Shown: positions 51,658-61,002 of the stretch, piece after piece
How the letters are laid out: every line of letters starts with the position of its first letter
How positions within the stretch are numbered: the stretch's first letter is position 1
Origin: Candidatus Omnitrophota bacterium
Lineage (GTDB): Bacteria > Omnitrophota > Gorgyraeia > Zapsychrales > JAKLDJ01
NCBI GenBank assembly: GCA_022703585.1
Contig: JAKLDJ010000004.1
Coordinates: 71,594 to 135,593 of the forward strand
Direction: 5' to 3'
DNA length: 64,000 nt
Program-made: the position numbers and the translations under genes
Notes under the pieces: model-generated
What the model saw: only the letters and a program-made list of their open reading frames with translations
Told to the model about the DNA's origin: nothing
The model's database searches: none

Positions 51658-52428
51658 ATGCACACCATCGCCATCTGGGATCACTTTAAAATACTGATTG
51701 AAATCGCGATTCTCTGGTTTACATTTTACCGGGTCTTGATTTTTTTCCAGGGAACACGGGCATTTTTGGTCCTCAAGGGCATCGCCTACCTGCTGGCCGT
51801 CTTTCTCATCTCTCAAATACTGGGACTTGCTACCATCAATTGGCTGATGACAAAACTTTTTGCTATTTCCGTTATCGCCATTTTGATTATCTTTCAACCC
51901 GAGCTGCGCCAGGGCTTAGCCCGGCTGGGCCAGCGCAATCTGTTTAATACCCAGCTGGAAGAATCCGAATTGGCCCAGATGATCGAAAAGATTTCCGCGG
52001 CAGCCCATAAAATGTCCCAAAAAAAGATCGGATGCCTGCTGGCCATCGAGCGGGAAACAAAATTGCAGACCTACATCGAAAGCGGCATCCCCACCGACAG
52101 CCAGATATCGGAAGAACTCTTGCAAAGCATCTTTACCCCGCCGTCACCTTTGCACGACGGAGGGGTTATCATCCGCGGCGGGCGCATCGCTTCGGTATCT
52201 TGTCTCTTTCCTTTATGCGAAAATCCTAACTTAAATAAGCTGGTCGGCATGCGCCACCGCGCCGCTTTAGGGATGAGCGAGCAGACCGACGCAATCGTGG
52301 TCATGGTCTCGGAGGAAAGCGGGGAAATCTCGATATCGACCGAAGGCCGTTTTATCCCGGTTGTCAATCACGAGCGATTCGTAAGTATTTTGCACAGCCT
52401 TATGAGAGCAGAAAGCAAAAAAAGTTAA
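51658..52428 (+). CDS. cdaA: Diadenylate cyclase (c-di-AMP synthase), CdaA/DacA type
   Basis: Three N-terminal TM helices and a DAC domain with DGA and RHR motifs (HDGGVIIRGGRI..., RHRAALGMSE). Confidence 0.9.
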   Translation: MHTIAIWDHFKILIEIAILWFTFYRVLIFFQGTRAFLVLKGIAYLLAVFLISQILGLATINWLMTKLFAISVIAILIIFQPELRQGLARLGQRNLFNTQLEESELAQMIEKISAAAHKMSQKKIGCLLAIERETKLQTYIESGIPTDSQISEELLQSIFTPPSPLHDGGVIIRGGRIASVSCLFPLCENPNLNKLVGMRHRAALGMSEQTDAIVVMVSEESGEISISTEGRFIPVVNHERFVSILHSLMRAESKKS

Positions 52429-52476
52429 ACGCCTCGGCGGACGGATATAAAACACGGTTCCAAGACGGGTAAGAAA

Positions 52477-52584
52477 ATGAAAAAGTGGCTGACCAATAAT
52501 CTTTTCCTTAAAATCGTCGCCCTGACACTGGCCATTATCACCTGGCTTTATGCCAACAGCGAACTCACGCAGTATATCCCCTGA
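52477..52584 (+). pseudogene. 35-codon ORF resembling only the N-terminal TM helix of CdaR/YbbR (possible truncated cdaR remnant)
   Basis: MKKWLTNNLFLKIVALTLAIITWLYAN... has the style of a CdaR N-terminus but stops after 35 aa. No YbbR domains follow, and pdxJ starts 7 bp later. Confidence 0.25.
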
Positions 52585-52590
52585 AAATCC

Positions 52591-53304
52591 ATGGCAAAAT
52601 TAGGCGTCAATATCGATCATGTGGCAACATTACGCCAGGCCAGAAGAGAATTTGAGCCTGACCCGATTCATGCCGCCCGCATCTGCGAAAAGGCCGGGGC
52701 ACATAGCATCGTCGCGCATCTGCGCGAAGACCGCCGCCATATTAATGATGCAGACGTTAAACGCTTGCGCAAAATAGTTTCCGGTAAATTTAATCTGGAA
52801 ATGTCGATTCATCCGGAAATCGTCGCCATCGCGCTACGCTTAAAGCCTGACCAGGCCACGCTGGTTCCGGAACGACGCAAGGAATTGACCACCGAGGGAG
52901 GCCTGGACGTTGTTTCGCAATTTTCTAGAATTAAAAAGGTGGTTGCCGCACTTAGAAAAAAAGGGATCACCGTGAGCCTTTTTATCGATCCGGTTAAAAT
53001 CCAGATTAAGAAATCTTACCAAGCATCCGCTTCGGCAATCGAGATACACACCGGCCGTTACGCCCGCGCCAAAAGCAAGGCGGCCGTCAAAAGAGAATTA
53101 AACACGCTTCGCGAATGTGTCCGCTACGCGAAAAGCTTGGGTTTAACCGTTCACGCCGGACACGGGTTGAATTATAAAAACGCCAAGGCTGTTGCCGAAA
53201 TTGCCGGCATCGAAGAATTAAACATCGGGCATTCGATTATTTCCCGCGCCGTGTTTACCGGGCTCGAAAGGGCCGTGCGCGAGATGATCGCAATAATAAA
53301 GTAA
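52591..53304 (+). CDS. pdxJ: Pyridoxine 5'-phosphate synthase
   Basis: [16 protein letters not shown]-terminal signature. Confidence 0.93.
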   Translation: MAKLGVNIDHVATLRQARREFEPDPIHAARICEKAGAHSIVAHLREDRRHINDADVKRLRKIVSGKFNLEMSIHPEIVAIALRLKPDQATLVPERRKELTTEGGLDVVSQFSRIKKVVAALRKKGITVSLFIDPVKIQIKKSYQASASAIEIHTGRYARAKSKAAVKRELNTLRECVRYAKSLGLTVHAGHGLNYKNAKAVAEIAGIEELNIGHSIISRAVFTGLERAVREMIAIIK

Positions 53305-53315
53305 GGAACCACGAA

Positions 53316-53666
53316 ATGATCTCAGGAACCGGGATTGACATTATTGAAATCGAACGAATAGAAAAAGCCATCGAGCGCTGGGGTGACGGTTTCTTAACCC
53401 ACGTTTTTACCGATAATGAAATTGCCTACGCCAAAGAACACCGTTTTCCGGCCCAGCATTATGCCGCCCGTTTTGCTGCCAAAGAGGCGGTCTTAAAGGC
53501 CTTCGGCGATAACGCGCATATCAGCTGGAAAGATATCCAAATCACCAACGACAAAAACGGAAAGCCCGTTTGCACCTACCGCGATAAAAGTTTTAAGAAA
53601 AAAATATTAATTTCCATTTCCCATACCCATGTCTATGCGGTTGCCAGCGCCATTATTACGCCGTAA
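53316..53666 (+). CDS. acpS: Holo-[acyl-carrier-protein] synthase
   Basis: 116 aa, GTGIDIIEIERI N-terminus. AcpS and pdxJ are commonly adjacent. Confidence 0.9.
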   Translation: MISGTGIDIIEIERIEKAIERWGDGFLTHVFTDNEIAYAKEHRFPAQHYAARFAAKEAVLKAFGDNAHISWKDIQITNDKNGKPVCTYRDKSFKKKILISISHTHVYAVASAIITP

Positions 53667-54495
53667 CAAAAATGCCCAAAAGTACGATTTCGGCCATGTC
53701 CTGATCTTGGCCGGCTCGGAAAACATGATGGGGGCTGCCGCTTTGACCGCGCTTGCGGCCATGCGCTCCGGCGCCGGATTAACGACATTAGGAATTCCCA
53801 AAAAGCTTAACGCCGTCGCGCAAAAAAAACTCTCGCCTGTGGTAATGACCTGGCCGCTTGCCCAAACCGCGCAGGGTACTTTAGCCAATGCTGCTTTCAC
53901 GCAAATAAATAAAAAATTATCAGCGTTTGACGCGCTTGCTTTAGGCCCGGGCCTGTCGCGCCACAAACAGACTCAAAATTTAATTTTAAGGATTATTGGT
54001 TTAGCGCCAGGGCCTCTGGTCGCGGACGCCGACGCACTCTACGCCATTGCCCAGAGGCCCTCGGTGCTTTTAAAATCAAAGGCTGAAAAAATCTTGACCC
54101 CGCATGTTGGCGAAATGGCGCGCTTGACCGGATTAAAAAAAGATTTTATCGAGAAAAATCGCAAGGCCGTCGCAGCAAAATTCGCCAAGAAGTATAATTG
54201 CGTTCTTCTATTGAAAGGCCGGCAAACAATCGTTGCCTCACCAGAAGGAAAAATATATGTTAATGCAACCGGAAACGCGGGGATGGCTACCGCCGGAAGC
54301 GGAGACGTTTTAACCGGAATGCTGGCGGCCTTTTTAGGCCAAGGTTTAATGGCTTTTGAGGCGTCAAAGCTGGCCAGCTACATCCACGGTAAGGCCGGAG
54401 ACCTGGCGGCAAAAGAAAAAGGGAAGGCGGGGTTGATCGCTACCGACATTATCGAAAGGATTCCCGACGCACTGCGTCGCTTGGGGGCAAAATAA
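53629..54495 (+). CDS. nnrD: ADP-dependent (S)-NAD(P)H-hydrate dehydratase (YjeF C-terminal domain)
   Basis: Ribokinase-like fold with TGNAGMATAGSGDVLTGM motif. The start is uncertain because of the overlap with the acpS 3' end. Confidence 0.8.
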   Translation: MSMRLPAPLLRRNKNAQKYDFGHVLILAGSENMMGAAALTALAAMRSGAGLTTLGIPKKLNAVAQKKLSPVVMTWPLAQTAQGTLANAAFTQINKKLSAFDALALGPGLSRHKQTQNLILRIIGLAPGPLVADADALYAIAQRPSVLLKSKAEKILTPHVGEMARLTGLKKDFIEKNRKAVAAKFAKKYNCVLLLKGRQTIVASPEGKIYVNATGNAGMATAGSGDVLTGMLAAFLGQGLMAFEASKLASYIHGKAGDLAAKEKGKAGLIATDIIERIPDALRRLGAK

Positions 54496-54685
54496 CAAAC
54501 TCTTTTTAAGAAATTCCTTGACAGAAATTCATCATCAAAGGTATAGTAGAACAACTATTCTCCTCCGCCTTCGTAATAGATATCCGGTGCGGCTTCGGAG
54601 AATTATTTAACAAGAATATCCTACGAAGCATAAGCAAAATCATTTCCATCGTTTATGCAAAGTAGGATACAAAGGAGAAAAACTT

Positions 54686-55192
54686 ATGTTAGCAATTTTA
54701 TTACTGACCTTCGGATTCGCAACACGCCTTTTTATCCACACACCTAATTTTACTCCGGTTATCGCGCTCGCGCTTTTTGGCGGCGTCTATTTAAACAAAA
54801 AATACGCCCTGATTTTGCCTTTAGGTCTCATGGCGATTTCTGATATGGCGATCGGTATGCACAATGTCGTCTTTTTTACCTGGGGAAGCATTGTGGCCAT
54901 CGCACTTTTAGGGATGTGGCTTAAGAGCCGCAACAACTGGGTCAATATTGCCAGCACCAATCTTGTCGGGGCTGTCTTGTTTTTCATTGTTACCAATTTC
55001 GGTGTCTGGGCTATGGGTTGGTATCCGCTGACCCTCGCCGGCTTAGCCGATTGTTTCTGGCTGGCGATACCGTTTTTTAGAACCACACTGCTCAGCACTA
55101 TTGTTTACAGTGTCATTTTGTTCGGTTTATACGAACTTGTTGCTTACCGGGTTAAAGACACACGTCTAGCCCGTGTTCTTTTGACAAACTAA
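54686..55192 (+). CDS. Small polytopic membrane protein (5-6 TM), ECF-transporter S-component-like
   Basis: 168 aa, almost entirely hydrophobic helices, with a structured leader upstream. The family is uncertain. Confidence 0.45.
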   Translation: MLAILLLTFGFATRLFIHTPNFTPVIALALFGGVYLNKKYALILPLGLMAISDMAIGMHNVVFFTWGSIVAIALLGMWLKSRNNWVNIASTNLVGAVLFFIVTNFGVWAMGWYPLTLAGLADCFWLAIPFFRTTLLSTIVYSVILFGLYELVAYRVKDTRLARVLLTN

Positions 55193-55204
55193 AAGTAATC
55201 TAAT

Positions 55205-55415
55205 AGGTTCCTGCAACTCGGCCCCCAGAAATTCTTACCGGGCCAAAGGAATAAAAGGGAAGTCCGTTTGATTCGGACGCGGTCCCGCCGCTGTGATCCG
55301 GCCTTTTTCTTAAAAAGAAAAAGGACCCTTTTGACAGTCATCAGCCACTACTTTAATCAAGTGGGAAGGCAGTCAAAAGAGAAGGAAAGCCAGAAGACCT
55401 GCCTGTTAGTTATGT
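55205..55415 (+). promoter_or_regulatory. Cobalamin (adenosylcobalamin) riboswitch
   Basis: aataaaagggaagtccgtttgattcggacgcggtcccgccgctgtga, gccactac...gtgggaaggcagtc (B12-box) and gccagaagacctgcc match conserved blocks of the E. coli btuB leader and the RF00174 consensus. Followed by expression-platform hairpins and a TonB-dependent receptor gene. Confidence 0.8.
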
Positions 55416-55669
55416 TGCTGATATCGCGCGAGACGATATTCAAACGCATAGATTGGGACTAAGAAATCAGGGTGCACTCCCAACTGCCTCTAAAAGGGCG
55501 GTTGGGAGTTTTGTTTTTAGGCCCGGCGAAGCTCAAGCGCAGAAGCGTTTGAGCTTCGCCGAGGCAACACCGCCGTTTGTTTCGTTCGCCAAGATTTGTG
55601 GCGGACGAAACAGGCGGTGTAGACCACCCCGGTTTTTCTAAAAAAGAATTTCAATAATGGAGAACAAAA

Positions 55670-57703
55670 ATGAAAAAACTTTTATCAATAATCACCATTC
55701 TGATCCTGGCAGCGGCTCCCGCCTTTGCCCAGACGCTAACAGAAAGCAACGCGGACTATGATGACATCGCGCTGGACAAAATCGTCGTTACCACCAGCCG
55801 CCTGGCGCAGTACGGCTACAAAGTCCCATCCAATGTTTCGGTCATCGGAGAAAAAGACATCGCTGCATCCAACGCCAAAACCGTCTCCGAGATCTTGGGC
55901 CAACAGCTGGGCATCAACATCTACGATAATAACACCTACAAATCAGCAATAGTCGATATGCGCGGCTTTGGCGATACCGCCGCCCGTAACGTCCTTGTCC
56001 TTATTAATGACCGCAAAGTCAATTCCATCGACATGTCCGGGCCGGATCTATTGCAGATTCCTTTGGGGTCAGTCGAGCGAATCGAAGTTATCCGCGGAGG
56101 CGGTTCGGTCCTGTACGGCGATAATGCGGTGGGCGGCGTTATCAATATCATTACCAAAGAAGGAAAGGGGCCGGCCAAATTAAAAAGCGAAACCCGCTAC
56201 GGCAGTTATGATTTACGAAGCGAGGCCCTGGAACTCTCCGGCGGTTACAAAAATGGTTTGTCATATTATTTTTATTCCAAATACCATGACGACCACGGCT
56301 ACCGCGACAACAATCACATGCTAAGCAAAGATTACGATATGCGCTTAGGCTACGATTATTCAAACAAGCTCTCGATAGACTTGATCGGCGGCTGGCACCA
56401 GGACAAGTACGGCCTGCCCGGGGGTTTAAGCGATACCCAGCTTTCAACCCTGGGCCGAAGAGGAACGGCGAATCCGGAGGATTTCGCCACCTCAAAAGAC
56501 CGCAGTATCCAAAGCGTGTTTAATTTTACCCCCTGGCCCGAAGACCAGTATTACGGCGAATTGTCCTTAGGCATAAGTTACCGCAACAAAGACGGCTACG
56601 ATTCTTTTAACAGTTACGGGCCCTATAACACCAAACGCTCGATTGACACCGCCGGGATAACCACCAAGTATGTTTTTAACCGCCCGGTTTTTAATAAAGA
56701 AGTTAATTTCGTTACCGGAATCGATTATTACGACAGTGAAAATGATATTTTGGGAAGCGGCGATAATACAGACGATGTAACCATTTCCAAAACCGAGCGG
56801 GGCTTTTTTGGCCATCTGGAATACGAAATATTCAAAAAAACCTTTGCCAGCGCCGGCGCCCGTTATCAGCAGGCTAAATACGCCTTTAGCCAACGAAACG
56901 GTGTGTGCATCGATGAAAAACGCAAGCCCGATGTCTGGGTCTATGACGGCGGCATGAAATACGAATATTCAAGAGGTTCCAATATATTTTTTAATATCCA
57001 AAGGACCTTTCGTTTCCTGGCAACAGACGAGTGGTACAACTCAGCCAATTATCCCGGCTTTAGCACTCCGGGCCTTAACTTGAACCTTAAACAGCAGACT
57101 GGGATGCAATACGAAGTCGGCGTTAAACATAACCTCAAGGACATAACGGTTGTCAGCATCACTCCGTATCTGATGAATTTGGATAATGAAATATTCTATG
57201 ATCCCAACAACGGCAACAGCAATTATGACAAGACCCGGCGTATCGGCGTTGAAGCCGAGCAGCGCACCAATTTGCTTAAAATTATCAACTTCTCGCCTTT
57301 AAGCCGGATAGAGCTGGTCACCAATTACACCTTTCAGAATGCCGAATTCAATAAGGGGCCAAACGATAATAAACAAATACCCATGGTGCCCCAACACCAG
57401 GTCACGGCGAGCCTGGATACGGAATTACGCAGCGGCCTCGGGCTTTCCTTGACCAGCCGCTACGTGGGCTCGCGCTATGCCATCAATGACGTCCAAAACA
57501 CAACCCCCAAAGCCAAAGATTATTTGACCTTGGACAGTAAATTAACGTATAAATGGCGTTTCCTGGAACTTTACGCCGGGATCAACAACATCTTTAACGC
57601 CTATTACTCAAACTACGTCGCCAAAAGCACCTCCTCCAGCACCAAAAGTTATTTTCCCGCGCCGGGAAGGAATTTTATTTTGGGGATGGATTTGACGTTT
57701 TAA
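55670..57703 (+). CDS. TonB-dependent outer-membrane receptor (BtuB-like, probable cobalamin/corrinoid uptake)
   Basis: Signal peptide, TonB box (DKIVVTTSR), plug domain, 22-strand barrel region and C-terminal aromatic residue. Preceded by the cobalamin riboswitch. Confidence 0.88.
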   Translation: MKKLLSIITILILAAAPAFAQTLTESNADYDDIALDKIVVTTSRLAQYGYKVPSNVSVIGEKDIAASNAKTVSEILGQQLGINIYDNNTYKSAIVDMRGFGDTAARNVLVLINDRKVNSIDMSGPDLLQIPLGSVERIEVIRGGGSVLYGDNAVGGVINIITKEGKGPAKLKSETRYGSYDLRSEALELSGGYKNGLSYYFYSKYHDDHGYRDNNHMLSKDYDMRLGYDYSNKLSIDLIGGWHQDKYGLPGGLSDTQLSTLGRRGTANPEDFATSKDRSIQSVFNFTPWPEDQYYGELSLGISYRNKDGYDSFNSYGPYNTKRSIDTAGITTKYVFNRPVFNKEVNFVTGIDYYDSENDILGSGDNTDDVTISKTERGFFGHLEYEIFKKTFASAGARYQQAKYAFSQRNGVCIDEKRKPDVWVYDGGMKYEYSRGSNIFFNIQRTFRFLATDEWYNSANYPGFSTPGLNLNLKQQTGMQYEVGVKHNLKDITVVSITPYLMNLDNEIFYDPNNGNSNYDKTRRIGVEAEQRTNLLKIINFSPLSRIELVTNYTFQNAEFNKGPNDNKQIPMVPQHQVTASLDTELRSGLGLSLTSRYVGSRYAINDVQNTTPKAKDYLTLDSKLTYKWRFLELYAGINNIFNAYYSNYVAKSTSSSTKSYFPAPGRNFILGMDLTF

Positions 57704-58074
57704 GTCACCCGTCTCCGGTCGCCAGCCCCCCAGTCCCTGGTGATTGAGAACTGGAGACTGGGCACTGTCGACTGGGGACTCTTAATTCATTGACAAACGG
57801 GACGAAAAATTGTAATATCCCGTCATGCACACTTTGAGCTAAAACAAAACCCTCGTAGGCATTCCCTGCGGGGGTTTTTAATGAGCGCATAAGTTACGCG
57901 ACTGTAAGGAGCGTAACTTAGCGCGCGAATTAATCCCGAGGCCCAAAGGGCCGAGGGATAGGACGAAGCAAAAATGATAGAAGGGCAGATCAGTTGTAAA
58001 TTGATTAGAGTAAAAAGTTGCAGGACCTGATTTTATAAGAAGTATCCCCTGAAGGGAAAGAAAGGAGCACGCAA

Positions 58075-58779
58075 ATGAAGAAAATACTAATCGCGGGTGT
58101 CGTTGTTGTCCTCATCGGCCTGGTAGCCGCTGTCTTTGGCAGGAATATCCTTGCCGGCATGATTATTGTCGACGGAATTAAAAAGACTTGCGGACTGCAA
58201 GTCACTATCGGAAAAGTTGATATCCAGCTGCCGGCCGTGTCCATTATGGACCTTAAGATCTATAACCCGGCCGGTTTTAAAGACAGGCTTCTGGCCGATA
58301 TACCGCTGGTGTCGGCAGACTTTGATTTTCCCGCGTTCTTTAGAAACAAAGTACATCTAAAAAAGTTAGCACTGGATATCAAGGAAATGGATGTTATTTT
58401 AAACGAACAGGGTAAGCTCAACGTGAATTCCCTGGCGCTTCTGATGCCGAAACCAGGCACAGGAAAACCCCCGGAGGTCAATATCGACGAGTTCTCAATA
58501 AAAATAGGAAAGGTTGTCTATAGGGGGTATTTTCCTGCCATCGGCGTACAATCGACGGAGTTTAACCCCAACATCGATGAAACACTGCACGATGTCACCA
58601 ATCCTTCGGCGGTCGCCGCGGATATCCTCAAGAAAATCCTTTCGCGGGCAGGGATCTCAAATTTTGGCAGTTTTGATACCGGAGAAATAACAAAAACAGC
58701 TAAGGAATTAGAAACGACAGCCAAGGAATCCGTTGACAAGGCCGTGAGCGGATTTAAGGGGATGTTTGAAAAGAAATAG
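58075..58779 (+). CDS. Hypothetical membrane-anchored periplasmic protein
   Basis: 234 aa with an N-terminal TM anchor and no recognised domain. Confidence 0.4.
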   Translation: MKKILIAGVVVVLIGLVAAVFGRNILAGMIIVDGIKKTCGLQVTIGKVDIQLPAVSIMDLKIYNPAGFKDRLLADIPLVSADFDFPAFFRNKVHLKKLALDIKEMDVILNEQGKLNVNSLALLMPKPGTGKPPEVNIDEFSIKIGKVVYRGYFPAIGVQSTEFNPNIDETLHDVTNPSAVAADILKKILSRAGISNFGSFDTGEITKTAKELETTAKESVDKAVSGFKGMFEKK

Positions 58780-58965
58780 AATCCCAGAGACACAATACTT
58801 AATTGACTTAAACCCTAAGCACGAAATTCTGAATCCCTGCCGGCAGGCAGGCTAAACAATATCAAATGATCAAAGCACAAAATCCAAAACGGTTGTTTTG
58901 GCCTTAGAATTTTTGATTTAGGATTTGTTTAGAATTTAGAGTTTAGGATTTAGAGTTTGTTCCAT

Positions 58966-59277
58966 ATGCCTCAAGAATTCATCAGCGAAGCGATCAAGCC
59001 GGTCGAAGGGACATTCGATACCAAGCGGATGGCAGTAGGGGAGCCGGGGCTGCCGAGAGAGTTTATTTGGCGCGGCACAACATATAAAATCAAAGAAGTT
59101 TTAACCGTCTGGAAGGAAACCGGCCCCTGCACTCACGGCAGTAAAGAGATGTACGTGCGCCGGCATTACTATGAAGTCTTAACCGAAACCGGGGAAACGA
59201 TGAAAATCTATTTTGAACGCCAACCTCCCAGAGGCAAGCCAAAAAGCCCCCGTTGGTGGTTGTTTAGTAAGGCTTGA
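58966..59277 (+). CDS. Hypothetical small protein
   Basis: ATG at 58966 (MPQEFISEA...). The track ORF began with TTG at 58957. Lys/Arg-rich C-terminus. Confidence 0.4.
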   Translation: MPQEFISEAIKPVEGTFDTKRMAVGEPGLPREFIWRGTTYKIKEVLTVWKETGPCTHGSKEMYVRRHYYEVLTETGETMKIYFERQPPRGKPKSPRWWLFSKA

Positions 59278-59284
59278 AATAGTA

Positions 59285-59346
59285 AAGGGCGCCCCCATCG
59301 CTTGTTTCGCTTTGCGAAAACAAAGCGAAACAGTGGGGGCGCCCTT
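59285..59346. terminator. Long imperfect palindrome (~25-bp stems), probable bidirectional terminator
   Basis: aagggcgcccccatcgcttgtttcgctttg-cgaaaa-caaagcgaaacagtgggggcgccctt. Two 12-bp perfect arms are separated by a small bulge. Confidence 0.6.
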
Positions 59347-59505
59347 AAATCTCTCTAAATCCCACCCACTCAATAGCTTAACTAATCGTTTAAACTAAGA
59401 AATAGGGTTGATTTCCCCAAGCGGGCAGTGTTATCATATACTATAAATCGAATTTAATTCCCGGTATTAAAACCTTAAATACTTAAAGCCGAAGGGCCCG
59501 CATAA

Positions 59506-61002
59506 TTGGATACAACCAAACCGGATAAAGGGGGCTGGGTAAAAAAAACGTTAAAACCCCCAGACATAATCGCCTTAGGCTTATGCCTATCCGCCATCAT
59601 CCTCTGGACAAAAATCCTGGTCGATAAATACCTGCGTTTCGGATACTACGACTGGGACCTTGCCTTTTTCTCCCAGGCCACATGGAACCTGCTGCACGGC
59701 AGCCAGTATTCTTCGCTTTTCGGCCTGAACTTTTTTTCCAACCACGCTAATTTCATCGCTTACCTGATTTTGCCCGTCTACGCCTTAAGCCCGCACCCCA
59801 TGACCTTGGTCTTCCTTAAAGTCCTATCCTGCGTCGGAGGCGCGTTCATTCTTTACAAAATAGCAAAAGAAACCTTAGGCTGGACGCCGGCTGTCTTATT
59901 AATGTTTCTGTATCTTATTTATCCCGCCAACATTTTTACCGTCATCTATGAATTTGACTTTGAAACCTTGTCGCCGGTTTTCCTTTTTCTAATGTTCTAC
60001 TTTTTTAAGAAAGAAAGATTTATCCCGTTTTTGATCACGGCGCTTTTAACCATTATCATCAAAGAAAACATGCCGTTGATCGTAGCCGCCTTCGGCGTTT
60101 ACGCCCTCTTTTCCCGAAAGAAGAATAAACTCCTCTGGGGCGTTCTCCCGCTTGCCTTGGGGTTGATATCGTTTTACGTCCTGATAACGCTTGTCATACC
60201 GTCTTTTAGCAGCGACGGAAATTATATTTACTTGGGACAATACCAGAGTTTCGGTCATTCGCCGTTTGAAATCATTAAGGCCGTACTTTCCCATCCTCTG
60301 CAAACGCTTAAAGTGCTCTTCGAGCCGGCGAAATTACGGCTGTTGCGGGAACTGTTCTCGCCGCTGTTTTTCCTGCCGCTTTTAAGCCCCCATGTCACGG
60401 CGTTATCCTTTCCCATTATTTTCCAGCATCTATTATCGCCCGCCCACCAGGGGCACTCCATCTACTATCAATACACCTCAAGCATCACGCCGTTTATTTT
60501 CCTGGCCGCGGCAACCTTCCTGGCTATTGCCCGGCACCGGTTACGCCCTTTTACCTTCTACGCCTTGATAGGGCTCATGTTCATTTTCAATATATTGAAC
60601 ACCTTAAGCTATGCCAAGCCTATTGTCGAGCGTCTTTATCCGCACATCGACCGGCTAGATACGGCCCGCTGGCAGATGGTCAGGATGATCCCCAAAGACG
60701 CGAGCGTTATCGCCACATTTGACTTTCTTGCCGAACTATCGACTCGAAAATCCCTCTACGCCTTCCATAAAATTTACAGCGATAATTACCGCCAATTCAT
60801 CCTGCCGGATGAGGTCACCTACGCGCTCATCGACCCTGATGACCCCTGGCTGCAGCAGGAACTCTGCGCCGATTATACAAAAGTCAATAACCGCATAAGA
60901 GAATTTCTTCTTTCTTCCGACTGGATAATCAAAGCCTCAGCCGGAAAGATTATGCTTCTAAAAAGAGATGCAAAACCAAACCAGAAAGAGGGTAGCTTAT
61001 GA
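59506..61002 (+). CDS. Polytopic membrane protein, DUF2079-like (glycan-polymerase/GT-C-like)
   Basis: 498 aa with ≥10 TM helices. The apparent TTG start makes the 5' end uncertain. Confidence 0.5.
   Translation: MDTTKPDKGGWVKKTLKPPDIIALGLCLSAIILWTKILVDKYLRFGYYDWDLAFFSQATWNLLHGSQYSSLFGLNFFSNHANFIAYLILPVYALSPHPMTLVFLKVLSCVGGAFILYKIAKETLGWTPAVLLMFLYLIYPANIFTVIYEFDFETLSPVFLFLMFYFFKKERFIPFLITALLTIIIKENMPLIVAAFGVYALFSRKKNKLLWGVLPLALGLISFYVLITLVIPSFSSDGNYIYLGQYQSFGHSPFEIIKAVLSHPLQTLKVLFEPAKLRLLRELFSPLFFLPLLSPHVTALSFPIIFQHLLSPAHQGHSIYYQYTSSITPFIFLAAATFLAIARHRLRPFTFYALIGLMFIFNILNTLSYAKPIVERLYPHIDRLDTARWQMVRMIPKDASVIATFDFLAELSTRKSLYAFHKIYSDNYRQFILPDEVTYALIDPDDPWLQQELCADYTKVNNRIREFLLSSDWIIKASAGKIMLLKRDAKPNQKEGSL

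Noticed and set aside
55268-55641. Two short + strand ORFs (64 and 62 aa) between the membrane protein and the TonB receptor
   Set aside because: They lie inside the cobalamin riboswitch and its expression-platform hairpins. The Arg-rich translation is typical of GC-rich structured RNA.
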